Shown here piece after piece: positions 34,580-44,353 of a stretch of DNA of 52,324 bases. The DNA is from a virus (Duplodnaviria > Caudoviricetes). The stretch spans positions 1-52,324 of the IMG/VR virus record IMGVR_UViG_3300006802_000129; one strand, written 5' to 3'. The stretch's first letter is position 1. Each line of letters opens with the position of its first letter. Made by a program: the position numbers and the translations under genes. The notes below the pieces were generated by a model that saw nothing but the letters and a program-made list of their open reading frames with translations, made no database searches and was not told where the DNA came from.

Positions 34580-37500
34580 CTACTCAAAATTTTCTTCAAT
34601 TCTAGATAAACTTCCTCCTGTTAATCGAGCCATCTCCTCATAGATATCTTTGGCCTTCCTCTCATAGTCCTCTTTGATCCTCGCTAGCTTTTCATCATCA
34701 AGATTCCCGATCTTAGAGTAGCGTTCTACTTCACGGTTCATGGCTTGCTTTGCTTTTCTCAAGCGGAAGTTCAGCGTATTCATGCGCTTGCTCTGCTCCT
34801 CGCTCAGCTTAAAGCCGTAGGCGTTGAAACCTGCTGTCTTCGATAGCGCTTGCCAGATATTGTTGCGGATATTCCCTCTGCTATCATACATCAGCGAGTC
34901 ACCGACAAGGGATTCCTTGTAGCCTAGCTCGTGCAATCCTGCATCTAATAGATTCATAGCTGTTCCATTCGACGCTAGCATTGCTGGCATCACGGAGTCG
35001 TAATAGAACTTAGCATAGGCTAACCACTTATCTGTCTCTGAGATGTCTGGATCATCTACAATCTCCCTTTGCTTAAACGGATCATAGCCGGATGCTGCCG
35101 CTACCGTCATGCTCCAGAAGGGTGAACTGAATGCACCCATTGTCTTTGCGGCATTGGAGAACTCAAGGCTGAGTAGTTGTTCGATTGCCTGAGCGTGACT
35201 AGCATATGGCAGGAGGTACTGCATATCGACCATCAATACATTTCCATTCTCGTCCTTGTAGGGGAACGGGAACATGAATGGCCCCTTCTTCTGTACCCAA
35301 TCCGGCATCAATGCCTTGAACTGCTCTTCGTCCTCGTCCTCCAATCCTCTTGTGATGTACTGTGCTAGTCCATAATTTAATGCTAGCGGTACTGCTAGAC
35401 GATGCCACTTGCTCGGAGACTTAATGATGTCTGCAAAAAACGGAGTAGCTTTGTATGTCCAGGTTACAAAAGGCATTCCGAAAGCAGAGCGTCGTACCCA
35501 CCGAATTCCTTGACTGACTTCTGAGTAGTCAAAGAGTGGCTTGTTCGCCTCGATCAGTGCATCTGCTGCACTCATCCCCTTCTGATCCTGCATGTACATT
35601 GCAAATGCTAGCTTATTCCAGACCTCAATCCCTTGGTACAAATCCCCTGTAACTTCTCGTAACCAAGTGTACTTGCGATCTAGTTGTGACCCAGGTTCTG
35701 CTAGTGACTTCATCAACTCTAGGATATCTTTTGGCTCATCTCCTCGTGCTTCCCGTTCTGCTCGTGCAATCCGTGCTAGCGACTTACGGTCTAGTTGTCG
35801 TAGCTCATTGGCACTGAAGGTAGTCTTGACTAGCCCTTCTCGTTTGAATTCATTGTAGCGATCTCCTTTGTTTCTAATTTCTGATGCAGCTTTCCACAAA
35901 TAGTCGAGCCGATGCAGAGGCATTCCTGCTAGGTGCATCATGATCAGGTTTGATACGATGTTCCTACCCCATGACGGGATGTTCGCTACAACCTTGCCCC
36001 ACTTCCAGAAGTCTATGAACTTATCCTGCCGGACTGCCCACTCGTCATTCATCTTCTTGTATAGCTCAACGTCTCCTAGAATATCTTGATAGATCTCCTT
36101 CCTCAGTAGCATACCCCGAAACGCTCCGTACCGAACATCATCCGGCACAGGAACCCAAAGGCTAGGGTCGTAGTCAAAGTCTAGGTTTTCATTAGCCCGA
36201 TCCTCCATCGACCTTGCCACTCTGCGGTAGAGATCTGCTTTATCCCCACTACTATTGTCCGCTAGATTTCTGATGCGCTCAGCCTCTGATCTTAGGAAGG
36301 AAGCGGATACCTGCTTATCATCCTGCTGGAGTACTGGCCCACCTAGTACATCTTGGGCGTTTAGGTTGGCATCATCTAGGGCTTGCTGAATAAACTCTGC
36401 ATAGTTTACGGTGATGAATGAATCTCTATGTACAAAATCAAACTGAATGTCATCATCTAGCCTGATCCCTGATAGCGGCAACTCTTGGTTACGCATACTA
36501 TCGATCCTAGTCTCCGGTGTTCGGCTAACCTGGGCTAGTAGCTGGAACATCTCCAGCATGGCTAGGTCACGGTTCGGTTGGATCAGTGCTCTAGCTGTCA
36601 GGAACATTGGATCTTTGACCTCACCCCAGAAGCTACGTAAGGCTTGGTCGATATCTTTTCTGCGGCTCAAGTAATCTAAGTTGGACACTGCTTTGCCGCT
36701 AGAGAAAGCGATCCGGTCATCCTCGTTGAGCAAGTACATTAGATACTTACGTGGCAGGTAATTGCCATCGTACTTGTCAAAGGACTCAGGAGATAGTAGT
36801 CCTGCTCGGACTAGGCTTAGTCCGGTCTGACTAATCTTCTCTCTTGCCTTAATGACATTGGCCTGTACATCCGGTGCTAGCCCGTCAATGATCTCCTGCC
36901 GCTCTGTTGCATTAGTAGCAGTGAAGGCATCAAATACCTGTTGGATCTCTTCGGTATCCAGATTCTCAAAGGAGGATGCTAGTGTACCGTAGGTCTCCTC
37001 AATCTCTCCAACTACCCCAGCAAAACGATTCTTTACCTGACGATAGAACTGAGCCATCTCAGGACTCAACCCTGCAAAGGGGTCGAAGAACTGGTGGATT
37101 TTAGCCCCTAGTTTCCGTAGTCCATTCTCCTGACTCATGTGTGTAGGGCCAAACTCTCCGGCTCTTTCACTCAATAGTACTTGTTGCTGTACCTCTGGAT
37201 CGTAGTCGTCAAAGACGGTGTAGCCTTCCTCACTGACTGTACCTCGAACTCCGCTACGTAGCATAGCCTGAGCTACTGCCGTGGAGTCTCCTAGCTCTTG
37301 CATCAGGGAGTCGTGCTCGTCCTTAATCTCACTGAATGGTACAAACTCTTCTACTCTACCTCGTGTAACCAGCTCCGTAGGAGTTGCAGGAACTAGTTCG
37401 TTGTTCGCCAGAAACTCTTGGGTCAGGTAATTATTGATGAGCTGCTTCTGTACTATTCGAGCTGCATCCGTGTTGTTATCCGCATTGTACTTGTTGAGTG

Positions 37501-40500
37501 CCGCACTGAGTTGTACCTGCTCTGCTTCATATAGCTGACTCAACTCGGCAAGGGTAACTCCGGTAGTCGCTAGTCGATGATTGATGTCACGTAATGCTAG
37601 CTCATGATCCTTACGTTCCAGGGGTGTATCTGTAGTGTAATACTCCTGAGTCCCACCTAGGTTTTCCGTTCGATTGTAGAAATCTACTACGTCTTCGTAG
37701 GTGTCAAAATGTTTTCCGGTTACACCCTTGGCATTTGTAGTACTCGGTGCATAGTTCTCGCTCATTACAGTGTACGCTTCCGATAAACCAGACTCCGGTG
37801 TGACCACTTCTCTGAAGGGTGCAACGTAATCTACAGCAAAACGGTCAGGGATCTCAAAGCCCATCCGTCCATCGGCTAGTTCTTCCAAACGGAACCCGTA
37901 AGATTTGTAAGGTTCTAGCGAGAACAGCTTCCTCAAGGTAGCAGGAGTACGGGCATCCCCAGTATCTACTGCAACCCTAGGTTCTCCGGCATCTGCATAG
38001 TCCATTATGTGCTCTGAAAACAACTGGATACTTGCACTTTCATCTATTGCTTTTTGTTTATCCGTCAGGTTATCTTCCGCCTTTTTAGTTTCTTGGGGGT
38101 TCTTCTCCTCAGACTCTGTGGTTTTTGCTGGCTTTGCGACTTTAGGTGCAGTCTTAGTTACCGTACTAGCAGCCTTCTGTTTCTTCTTCGTAGCTCGTAG
38201 CTCCTTGTTGATATCCGAGTACATCCGAATCACAAACGCATCGGTAATCTTCTGCTTGTCTCTACCCTGTAACTTGTCACGTAGGTAAAGGTGCACCCGA
38301 TCTATCAGGTTTAGCTCTTGAATCCCATCCTCTGTGAAGTTCTGTGCTAGCCACTCGTGTGCTCGGATAGCGGCATCCTGATGGTGGTTCTGGCTATTCG
38401 GTACAGCAGTAGTACCAGAAGGTTGTCGATATCTATTGTTGTACCAAGCATCGATCTCCTTCCGTCGATCCGTGTAGACTCGTTTCGCAAAATCATCATA
38501 GGATTTCTGGCTACCAAAGGTCTTACGTAATCCATAGTGTCCGATTGCCTCATGGTAGAAAACTCCAAGTCCTCTGCGAATCAAAGGCTTTAGGTCAGAT
38601 AGTTTGAACTGGTCTGCAATGAAGATCACCTTCGGCCCATCTGCTCCTGGTACTACAGCGCCCTCGATCTTTGAGCCTTCCATTGTGCCGCTCTCTAACT
38701 TATCGGCAACCGCATCATTCTTGCCACGGTAGGCAGCTACTGCTTCTGCACGGTCTTTGAAGACTACGAAGTCATCTGCATTCAGACCCTTGAAGACACT
38801 CTTAGTCAGCCAATCTACTAGGTGTCTAAGTACATCGTACTGGTGTGGCTTATCTGTCCGGTCAAGTTTTGCCTTCTCAGTAGTGGACTCCTCACTCATT
38901 AACACAGAACCTTGATCCCCGTCTGCCTCTTTCTTTGCTTCCTCAAGTGTCGTCAGGTTGACAGTCCTAGGCTTGCCTCCGGTAGTAGAATTTAGCTTTG
39001 CTTTTGCAACTCCTTTGGCATTTGTTGATATGTTTTCAACTACCCAGTCCTCACCCTTGTATTTTACTGTGTCACCTACTTCTACTGTTGTTTCTGTAGT
39101 ATCTACCTGATCTTCTGCTTTCGCCTGTTCCGTGAGACTGTTTTCGTACTGCTCCTGTAATCGTGCTAGCTCTTCGTCTACTGAAACAATAGGTACATCG
39201 GAAGCAGGGATAACGGTTTCCGTATCGGGTACGGAAGTGCTCATAGCCTGTTGAATCAGTTCTTCCTGCTGTCTCAGGAGGATCGGGTAGACCTCAGACT
39301 CGGCTAATTCTTCTGGAGTAAAGTCTCGTTGTAGGTCTCGAATCGCCCGATCAATCTGCCTACGTTGTTCAATCAGTGGCTGAGCTAGTTCCTCTTTGGT
39401 AGCAGGATCGTTCACCCGGTTGATCAGTTCTAGTATCCTGAGTTCTTTCTGCTGGAAGGTCTCTCGTCGAGTAGGTGTTGCCTCCTCCACAGGTGCTACA
39501 AAATCAAACTCGGAATCAACCCACTCACCAAATTCGTTAGCGGTAAAGTCGTTATCATCGAAAAGAACAATCGGCTGAAGGATACCATTGTCATCCAGCA
39601 TTGCTGTCATAGCCTTAACGGTCTTGCGCTCTCCGGTCTTTCGGTTAACCGCAATACCCCCTACCTTCAGATGGGATGCTCGGACTTCTGAATAGCCTGT
39701 CTCGGCCTCTCGTTTTCTACGGATCGCATCGGCTGAGAGATCCGGTGAATCCTCGTAAGCTTCCTCTCGCCTACGTGCGGCTAGCTCTGAATCTCTCTTG
39801 CTAACCGTAATTGGATCGTAACTTTCACGGGCAGTCAGGGCAGCTACATCGGCAGCAGAGAACTCCTGACCAAGCACCGTAGCCATAATCCCTGCTATTT
39901 CTTCATTGGTTATCTTGGCGTAAGCACTCTTTTCCGATCTATCTATTCTAACACCTAATGGTAACAGCCCACCTGTCACCCCTGCCGTCGTACCCCCAAC
40001 TTGTGCTGCCTGTGCCTCTCGGTTCTGTTGGGCTGCTAGCTGGTTCCTCCTAGTGACTAACCTACGAGCATAGGTCTGTGCCTGTCGAGGAGTGTCTGCT
40101 TCTTCTAAGGCTTTTGCTAGCCGATACATCTCGTCATCTTCTCGCAGTCCTCGGTACTCTCCTTCACCGATAGGTCGGCCCTGCTCATCGTACTCACCTG
40201 TCCATATATTGATGTCCTCGTCCGTAGGTGCGTCATCTCCTCGCCAACGAGTACGAATTGCCTCATCTGCTTCGGGAGTGATACCAGGATCTTCACTGCG
40301 CCACATCGTACCTGTTCGCTCTCGTGGCCCTGTAGTAGCGGGTGAGGCAGCCGTGGTAGTAGCTGCTAGTGGAGCAGGACTAGCAGTTGGGATCGTACTA
40401 CTCGGTGTTGCCTCACGGGGATCTGGTGTTGTGGGGATATTTGCTTTCTTCTGCTCAAGTTTCTGGTAGGTGTTGAGGGTACTCCACTGGATCTTACTAT

Positions 40501-43500
40501 CCTTGTCTGCCCCATCCATCCTCCAGTTGACCTGCTTGTCTGTAGCGTCAATAAAATAGAAGAGCTTGCCCTTGTGCATGATCGGCTGACCCTTCTTGAG
40601 AACCTGTTGTGCAAGTTCCCGTGTCAGGTTACGTGAGTCAATCGGTGCTACATTTCTCTTGGGAGGGGCAGGTGCGGCCTTGGGCTTTTCTGCGGCTGGA
40701 GGTGCAGGGGTAGGTGTAGCAGGAGCTTCTGTCTGTGCAGCTAGTAACTTTTCTAATGCTCGCTCGACAGGTGATACAATCTTTCCGTTCTTGAAGGTAA
40801 GTTCTTTCCCGTTTTCATTGGTAGCTTTTACGTCATTACCGTTAATTTCCTTGATAGTGTAGTTAACGATTTTCTTGTCGGCTTTTTCGTACGGAACTAC
40901 TGCACCTACTTTGATTGCAGGAGGAAGTTCCGTGGCTTTCGGCTGAGCCGGAGTCTCCCCCTTGTCAATACTCTCTGCCTTCTGGATTCCTGCTTCTAGT
41001 GTAGCGGGCTTGTAGGGCTTGGGATCTTCTCCCTCCTTCTTCATCAGGTACATGCCCTTGTCGTTCTTGCCTGTAACTTCTAGCTCAAACGGAACCGCAT
41101 TCTTTACCCTAGGTGATGCGTACCTAATCTTAGTGCCTGGCTCATACTGGAGGTTATCCTCAAGTACTTCTGTTTCCTTCGGCTTACTTTCTTTGACCTC
41201 TGTTCCCTTCTCTTTCTTTGTATCAACCTGCTTGACTAGATCTTCGGCTACCCCGTCTACTGTTTTCTTCTCAGCCTCAACAGGTTTCTGGGTAGCCTTT
41301 GCTTTCTTGTCCTCTGTTCGCTGAATCCCTGACCGTATTCCTTCCAGCGTAAAATACCGATAGGTCTTCTCTCCTTCCTTCTGAACTTGAACAGGTTTCT
41401 TTCCGCCTTTGCGTACTTTGATAATCTTGTACTTACTAGTAATTCCGTTTTGAGTTGTGTACTCAAAGACCGTCCCTTCTACACCACTTGTAGTCGTCTC
41501 CTCGGTTGCAGGAGGTGTAGGGATAGGGGTAGGTGTAGGTGTAGCTTTTTCTGCTTTCTCTTCTTTCTTTGCAGTCTTACGCTCTTGTAGCTTCTGAGTC
41601 TCTGTCTTTGCAGGTTTGCCATCAAAAGCGTCAGCAGTGAACCAGTTGAACTTCCCTTCCTCTTTGTGCAGACCCTGCACTTTCCACTTACCTTTGTTCT
41701 TACCCTCGGCTTGTTCTACCTCAACAAACTTCCACTGCTGCGGAGTCTTGCCCTTGGAGTTTGTCAGGATAGTACCTACTTTCGGAGGAGTGATCTCACT
41801 AGTAGCAGTAGTAGTTTCTTTCTTCGGTGCAGGAGAGGGAGTAGGAGGGGGAGTAGGAGGGGGAGTAGGAGAGGGAGTAGTCTTAACAGTAGCTCCTTGC
41901 TCCTTTGCGTCCTGCTTTGCTTTCCTCTTTGCTGCTAGTTTTTGGGTCTCAGTTGGCCCCTTCTGGATACGTGCAATTTGCTCAGCCGCTCGGTTACGGA
42001 TAGCATCCAGTGCGTTTGCGTCATCGTAAGACACACCCTCATAGCCTAAAATCTTTTTTAGTGCTTTCTCTAACCGTTGCTCCCCTTTACGTTCGCTAGT
42101 GTAACGTACCCTTGGTGCATTTTTTATAAGTGGGTCGGTCACAGGGAAAAGCTGGTCTAGCCTTTCCGCCATCTCCTTGAGTTCTGGGCTACCGTAGTAA
42201 TTATTTATGTCCTCTTCTGTAGTTTTATTGAGCCACCCATCTATCATTGGGTCTTCATTTTTCCCTAACCCCCAGACTGGATACCACTTATGTTTTGCTA
42301 CATTCTCCTTCCCTCCTGCTCCGGTAGAATTATAAAATAAAACAGGTACTCCGTTAACAGGAACTACAATCATCGGCCTTCCGCCAATGCGAACTATTCG
42401 ATCTTCCCCTATTTTTACATACTTTTTATTCTCAGAATCTAGTTGAAGCGCACCCCACTTTAGTGGGCGGGCTTGAAGATCGTCTAGCCGAGAGTCCTGT
42501 TGTGTAGTTGCAGCTTGTGCTTCTGGAGCTACCTGTACTCCTTCAGTTAACGGAGCTTCTAGATCAACATCTCTTTCTGTAACAATAGTGGGAGTAGTAC
42601 TAGTAGTAGGTTGTGCATCGGTAGCAACAGGAACTGGAACTTCTGCTGGAGCTTTCTCCATCTTGGAGATATCCGCCCACTTTACGACTCTTACCTTTTT
42701 CGTTACTTCATCTACTAAGCGAACCCCCCGTTTACTCAGCCCTGCATAGATGTAAGTCTTCTCGTTATCTCGAATAAACGTTGGCAAGGCTGGAGGGTTG
42801 TAGGTCTTACCGTCCCAGGTTGCAGGGGAGAATTGTTTAGTAATTTCTTTTGTTAAGTCTGCTAGGTCATAGGTTTGTTCTGCTCTCCTCTTCTGTGCTT
42901 CTACATCCTGTAAAATCTTAGCGGCCTCTGCTTCTCGTTGCCTCTTCTCCTGCTCACGGGCTAGCCTCTCATCTTTTATTGCTTTATCAACGGCCTTCGC
43001 CCCTGCTTCTGCCTCTGCTTCTAGCCGATCTTCCGCCTCTTTCTTCTGTTGCAGTTTCGTCTGTGGATCTAGTGCTACTTCTGCGGTACTGATTACTCCA
43101 CTAGTCATACCTCCAGCAATTGCACCTACGTATGCACCGTGGAAGGCTTGGTTCCTGTTCTCCGTCTTATCCAGCCATGATAAGTAATCAGTAGCTAACT
43201 CATCCGAATTGGCAATCGCATCAAAGCCTTGCTCCTGTGCGTGCTCCTTGAGGATCTGGTTGACGGAGTAGCCTTGAACTACTACATCAGAAAACTCACT
43301 AGCCGCTTCGGTTGCTGCGTCAAAACCTATATTAGCTACAATCTTAGTTCCAATTGCTGCGCCCTTAGCTACTGGAATCCCTGAAAGAGCATCCGTTACT
43401 GCGGCAAGGCTAGTCATTCGATTGTTGTAGGCTCGCCTCGCAATCTTTGTAGTTAAGTCCCGCTCAATATCCGGTAGCTCTTGAGACGTATACTTCCCTT

Positions 43501-44353
43501 TCATCTCCTGCCACATCGGATGATTCTTCCAGCTATCCATTGTCTCGCCAGCAGCTTGCAAAGCAGCATAGGTCTGCATCCCTGCTTGGCTACCCAAGAT
43601 CCCACCCCAAACAAATCCTGCTTGAGAACCAAATGGAACAGGGGAGGCTAATCCTAGTGTGCCACCTGCTCCTGCACCGACTGCTCCGGTAAACAAACCA
43701 AGCAATAGTTCTCCAGGTAGGGTTGTGACATTCTCAAATGCCTGACCCCAAGGAGTCTCAGGAGGAGTGTAGCCACTAGCTGCTAGGCTAGCTTGTGCTT
43801 CTGCTTTGCGTTGTGCTCCGGCTTCGGCTGACCCACTAGGGGTAATGTAGCTGATAAGATCTTCAAAAAACTCAGGACTATTAGCATCAGCATTAGGATC
43901 ACGAAGCTTATCAGCCACAAACTGGTCATTGTAATCCGAGATAGTTCCGGCTGCCTGTTGAGCAGCCCCATAACGTACATCGGCTATGTCTCCAAAGTTA
44001 GAAATGGTTTGCCAAAGTTCCTTACCCACTTGAAGCGCATAGTCGATCCCTTCCTTCTCGTCCTGAGCCGTAACAGGTTTGATCTTAGGTCGTTGCGGTG
44101 CTTGGTTTAGTGCTTGATGTCCTAGGATCTGCGCCTTGACTGCAGGACTCGTCACTCCAGCCGTATCTGCTAGGCTTTCTACTAGAGAATGCAACTGAGC
44201 TTTGTTGATATTCTCCTTGTTGTACTCGTCCAATAGCCTAGACAACTCAAAGCGATACTGGACTCCGGCTGCTTCGTCGGGAGTAATGATGTCGCTAAAT
44301 TGCCTAGAATAGTTAAACGGACTAGGCATCGAATAGGAACGTGGATCTGCCAT
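34580..44353 (-). CDS. Giant internal virion / polyvalent ejection protein (3257 aa)
   Basis: Gly/Ala hydrophobic N-terminal segments, HEAIGHYGLR metallopeptidase-like motif, LPD-type C-terminus (FDYS, PFVTW.YK, GYDPF..REI); last gene of the late arm. Confidence 0.8.
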   Translation of the reverse strand: MADPRSYSMPSPFNYSRQFSDIITPDEAAGVQYRFELSRLLDEYNKENINKAQLHSLVESLADTAGVTSPAVKAQILGHQALNQAPQRPKIKPVTAQDEKEGIDYALQVGKELWQTISNFGDIADVRYGAAQQAAGTISDYNDQFVADKLRDPNADANSPEFFEDLISYITPSGSAEAGAQRKAEAQASLAASGYTPPETPWGQAFENVTTLPGELLLGLFTGAVGAGAGGTLGLASPVPFGSQAGFVWGGILGSQAGMQTYAALQAAGETMDSWKNHPMWQEMKGKYTSQELPDIERDLTTKIARRAYNNRMTSLAAVTDALSGIPVAKGAAIGTKIVANIGFDAATEAASEFSDVVVQGYSVNQILKEHAQEQGFDAIANSDELATDYLSWLDKTENRNQAFHGAYVGAIAGGMTSGVISTAEVALDPQTKLQQKKEAEDRLEAEAEAGAKAVDKAIKDERLAREQEKRQREAEAAKILQDVEAQKRRAEQTYDLADLTKEITKQFSPATWDGKTYNPPALPTFIRDNEKTYIYAGLSKRGVRLVDEVTKKVRVVKWADISKMEKAPAEVPVPVATDAQPTTSTTPTIVTERDVDLEAPLTEGVQVAPEAQAATTQQDSRLDDLQARPLKWGALQLDSENKKYVKIGEDRIVRIGGRPMIVVPVNGVPVLFYNSTGAGGKENVAKHKWYPVWGLGKNEDPMIDGWLNKTTEEDINNYYGSPELKEMAERLDQLFPVTDPLIKNAPRVRYTSERKGEQRLEKALKKILGYEGVSYDDANALDAIRNRAAEQIARIQKGPTETQKLAAKRKAKQDAKEQGATVKTTPSPTPPPTPPPTPSPAPKKETTTATSEITPPKVGTILTNSKGKTPQQWKFVEVEQAEGKNKGKWKVQGLHKEEGKFNWFTADAFDGKPAKTETQKLQERKTAKKEEKAEKATPTPTPIPTPPATEETTTSGVEGTVFEYTTQNGITSKYKIIKVRKGGKKPVQVQKEGEKTYRYFTLEGIRSGIQRTEDKKAKATQKPVEAEKKTVDGVAEDLVKQVDTKKEKGTEVKESKPKETEVLEDNLQYEPGTKIRYASPRVKNAVPFELEVTGKNDKGMYLMKKEGEDPKPYKPATLEAGIQKAESIDKGETPAQPKATELPPAIKVGAVVPYEKADKKIVNYTIKEINGNDVKATNENGKELTFKNGKIVSPVERALEKLLAAQTEAPATPTPAPPAAEKPKAAPAPPKRNVAPIDSRNLTRELAQQVLKKGQPIMHKGKLFYFIDATDKQVNWRMDGADKDSKIQWSTLNTYQKLEQKKANIPTTPDPREATPSSTIPTASPAPLAATTTAASPATTGPRERTGTMWRSEDPGITPEADEAIRTRWRGDDAPTDEDINIWTGEYDEQGRPIGEGEYRGLREDDEMYRLAKALEEADTPRQAQTYARRLVTRRNQLAAQQNREAQAAQVGGTTAGVTGGLLPLGVRIDRSEKSAYAKITNEEIAGIMATVLGQEFSAADVAALTARESYDPITVSKRDSELAARRREEAYEDSPDLSADAIRRKREAETGYSEVRASHLKVGGIAVNRKTGERKTVKAMTAMLDDNGILQPIVLFDDNDFTANEFGEWVDSEFDFVAPVEEATPTRRETFQQKELRILELINRVNDPATKEELAQPLIEQRRQIDRAIRDLQRDFTPEELAESEVYPILLRQQEELIQQAMSTSVPDTETVIPASDVPIVSVDEELARLQEQYENSLTEQAKAEDQVDTTETTVEVGDTVKYKGEDWVVENISTNAKGVAKAKLNSTTGGKPRTVNLTTLEEAKKEADGDQGSVLMSEESTTEKAKLDRTDKPHQYDVLRHLVDWLTKSVFKGLNADDFVVFKDRAEAVAAYRGKNDAVADKLESGTMEGSKIEGAVVPGADGPKVIFIADQFKLSDLKPLIRRGLGVFYHEAIGHYGLRKTFGSQKSYDDFAKRVYTDRRKEIDAWYNNRYRQPSGTTAVPNSQNHHQDAAIRAHEWLAQNFTEDGIQELNLIDRVHLYLRDKLQGRDKQKITDAFVIRMYSDINKELRATKKKQKAASTVTKTAPKVAKPAKTTESEEKNPQETKKAEDNLTDKQKAIDESASIQLFSEHIMDYADAGEPRVAVDTGDARTPATLRKLFSLEPYKSYGFRLEELADGRMGFEIPDRFAVDYVAPFREVVTPESGLSEAYTVMSENYAPSTTNAKGVTGKHFDTYEDVVDFYNRTENLGGTQEYYTTDTPLERKDHELALRDINHRLATTGVTLAELSQLYEAEQVQLSAALNKYNADNNTDAARIVQKQLINNYLTQEFLANNELVPATPTELVTRGRVEEFVPFSEIKDEHDSLMQELGDSTAVAQAMLRSGVRGTVSEEGYTVFDDYDPEVQQQVLLSERAGEFGPTHMSQENGLRKLGAKIHQFFDPFAGLSPEMAQFYRQVKNRFAGVVGEIEETYGTLASSFENLDTEEIQQVFDAFTATNATERQEIIDGLAPDVQANVIKAREKISQTGLSLVRAGLLSPESFDKYDGNYLPRKYLMYLLNEDDRIAFSSGKAVSNLDYLSRRKDIDQALRSFWGEVKDPMFLTARALIQPNRDLAMLEMFQLLAQVSRTPETRIDSMRNQELPLSGIRLDDDIQFDFVHRDSFITVNYAEFIQQALDDANLNAQDVLGGPVLQQDDKQVSASFLRSEAERIRNLADNSSGDKADLYRRVARSMEDRANENLDFDYDPSLWVPVPDDVRYGAFRGMLLRKEIYQDILGDVELYKKMNDEWAVRQDKFIDFWKWGKVVANIPSWGRNIVSNLIMMHLAGMPLHRLDYLWKAASEIRNKGDRYNEFKREGLVKTTFSANELRQLDRKSLARIARAEREARGDEPKDILELMKSLAEPGSQLDRKYTWLREVTGDLYQGIEVWNKLAFAMYMQDQKGMSAADALIEANKPLFDYSEVSQGIRWVRRSAFGMPFVTWTYKATPFFADIIKSPSKWHRLAVPLALNYGLAQYITRGLEDEDEEQFKALMPDWVQKKGPFMFPFPYKDENGNVLMVDMQYLLPYASHAQAIEQLLSLEFSNAAKTMGAFSSPFWSMTVAAASGYDPFKQREIVDDPDISETDKWLAYAKFYYDSVMPAMLASNGTAMNLLDAGLHELGYKESLVGDSLMYDSRGNIRNNIWQALSKTAGFNAYGFKLSEEQSKRMNTLNFRLRKAKQAMNREVERYSKIGNLDDEKLARIKEDYERKAKDIYEEMARLTGGSLSRIEENFE

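Noticed and set aside
34580-44353. N4-like virion RNA polymerase
   Set aside because: Size and lack of Cys fit, but I could not find T7-type polymerase motifs; the motifs seen fit a polyvalent ejection protein.
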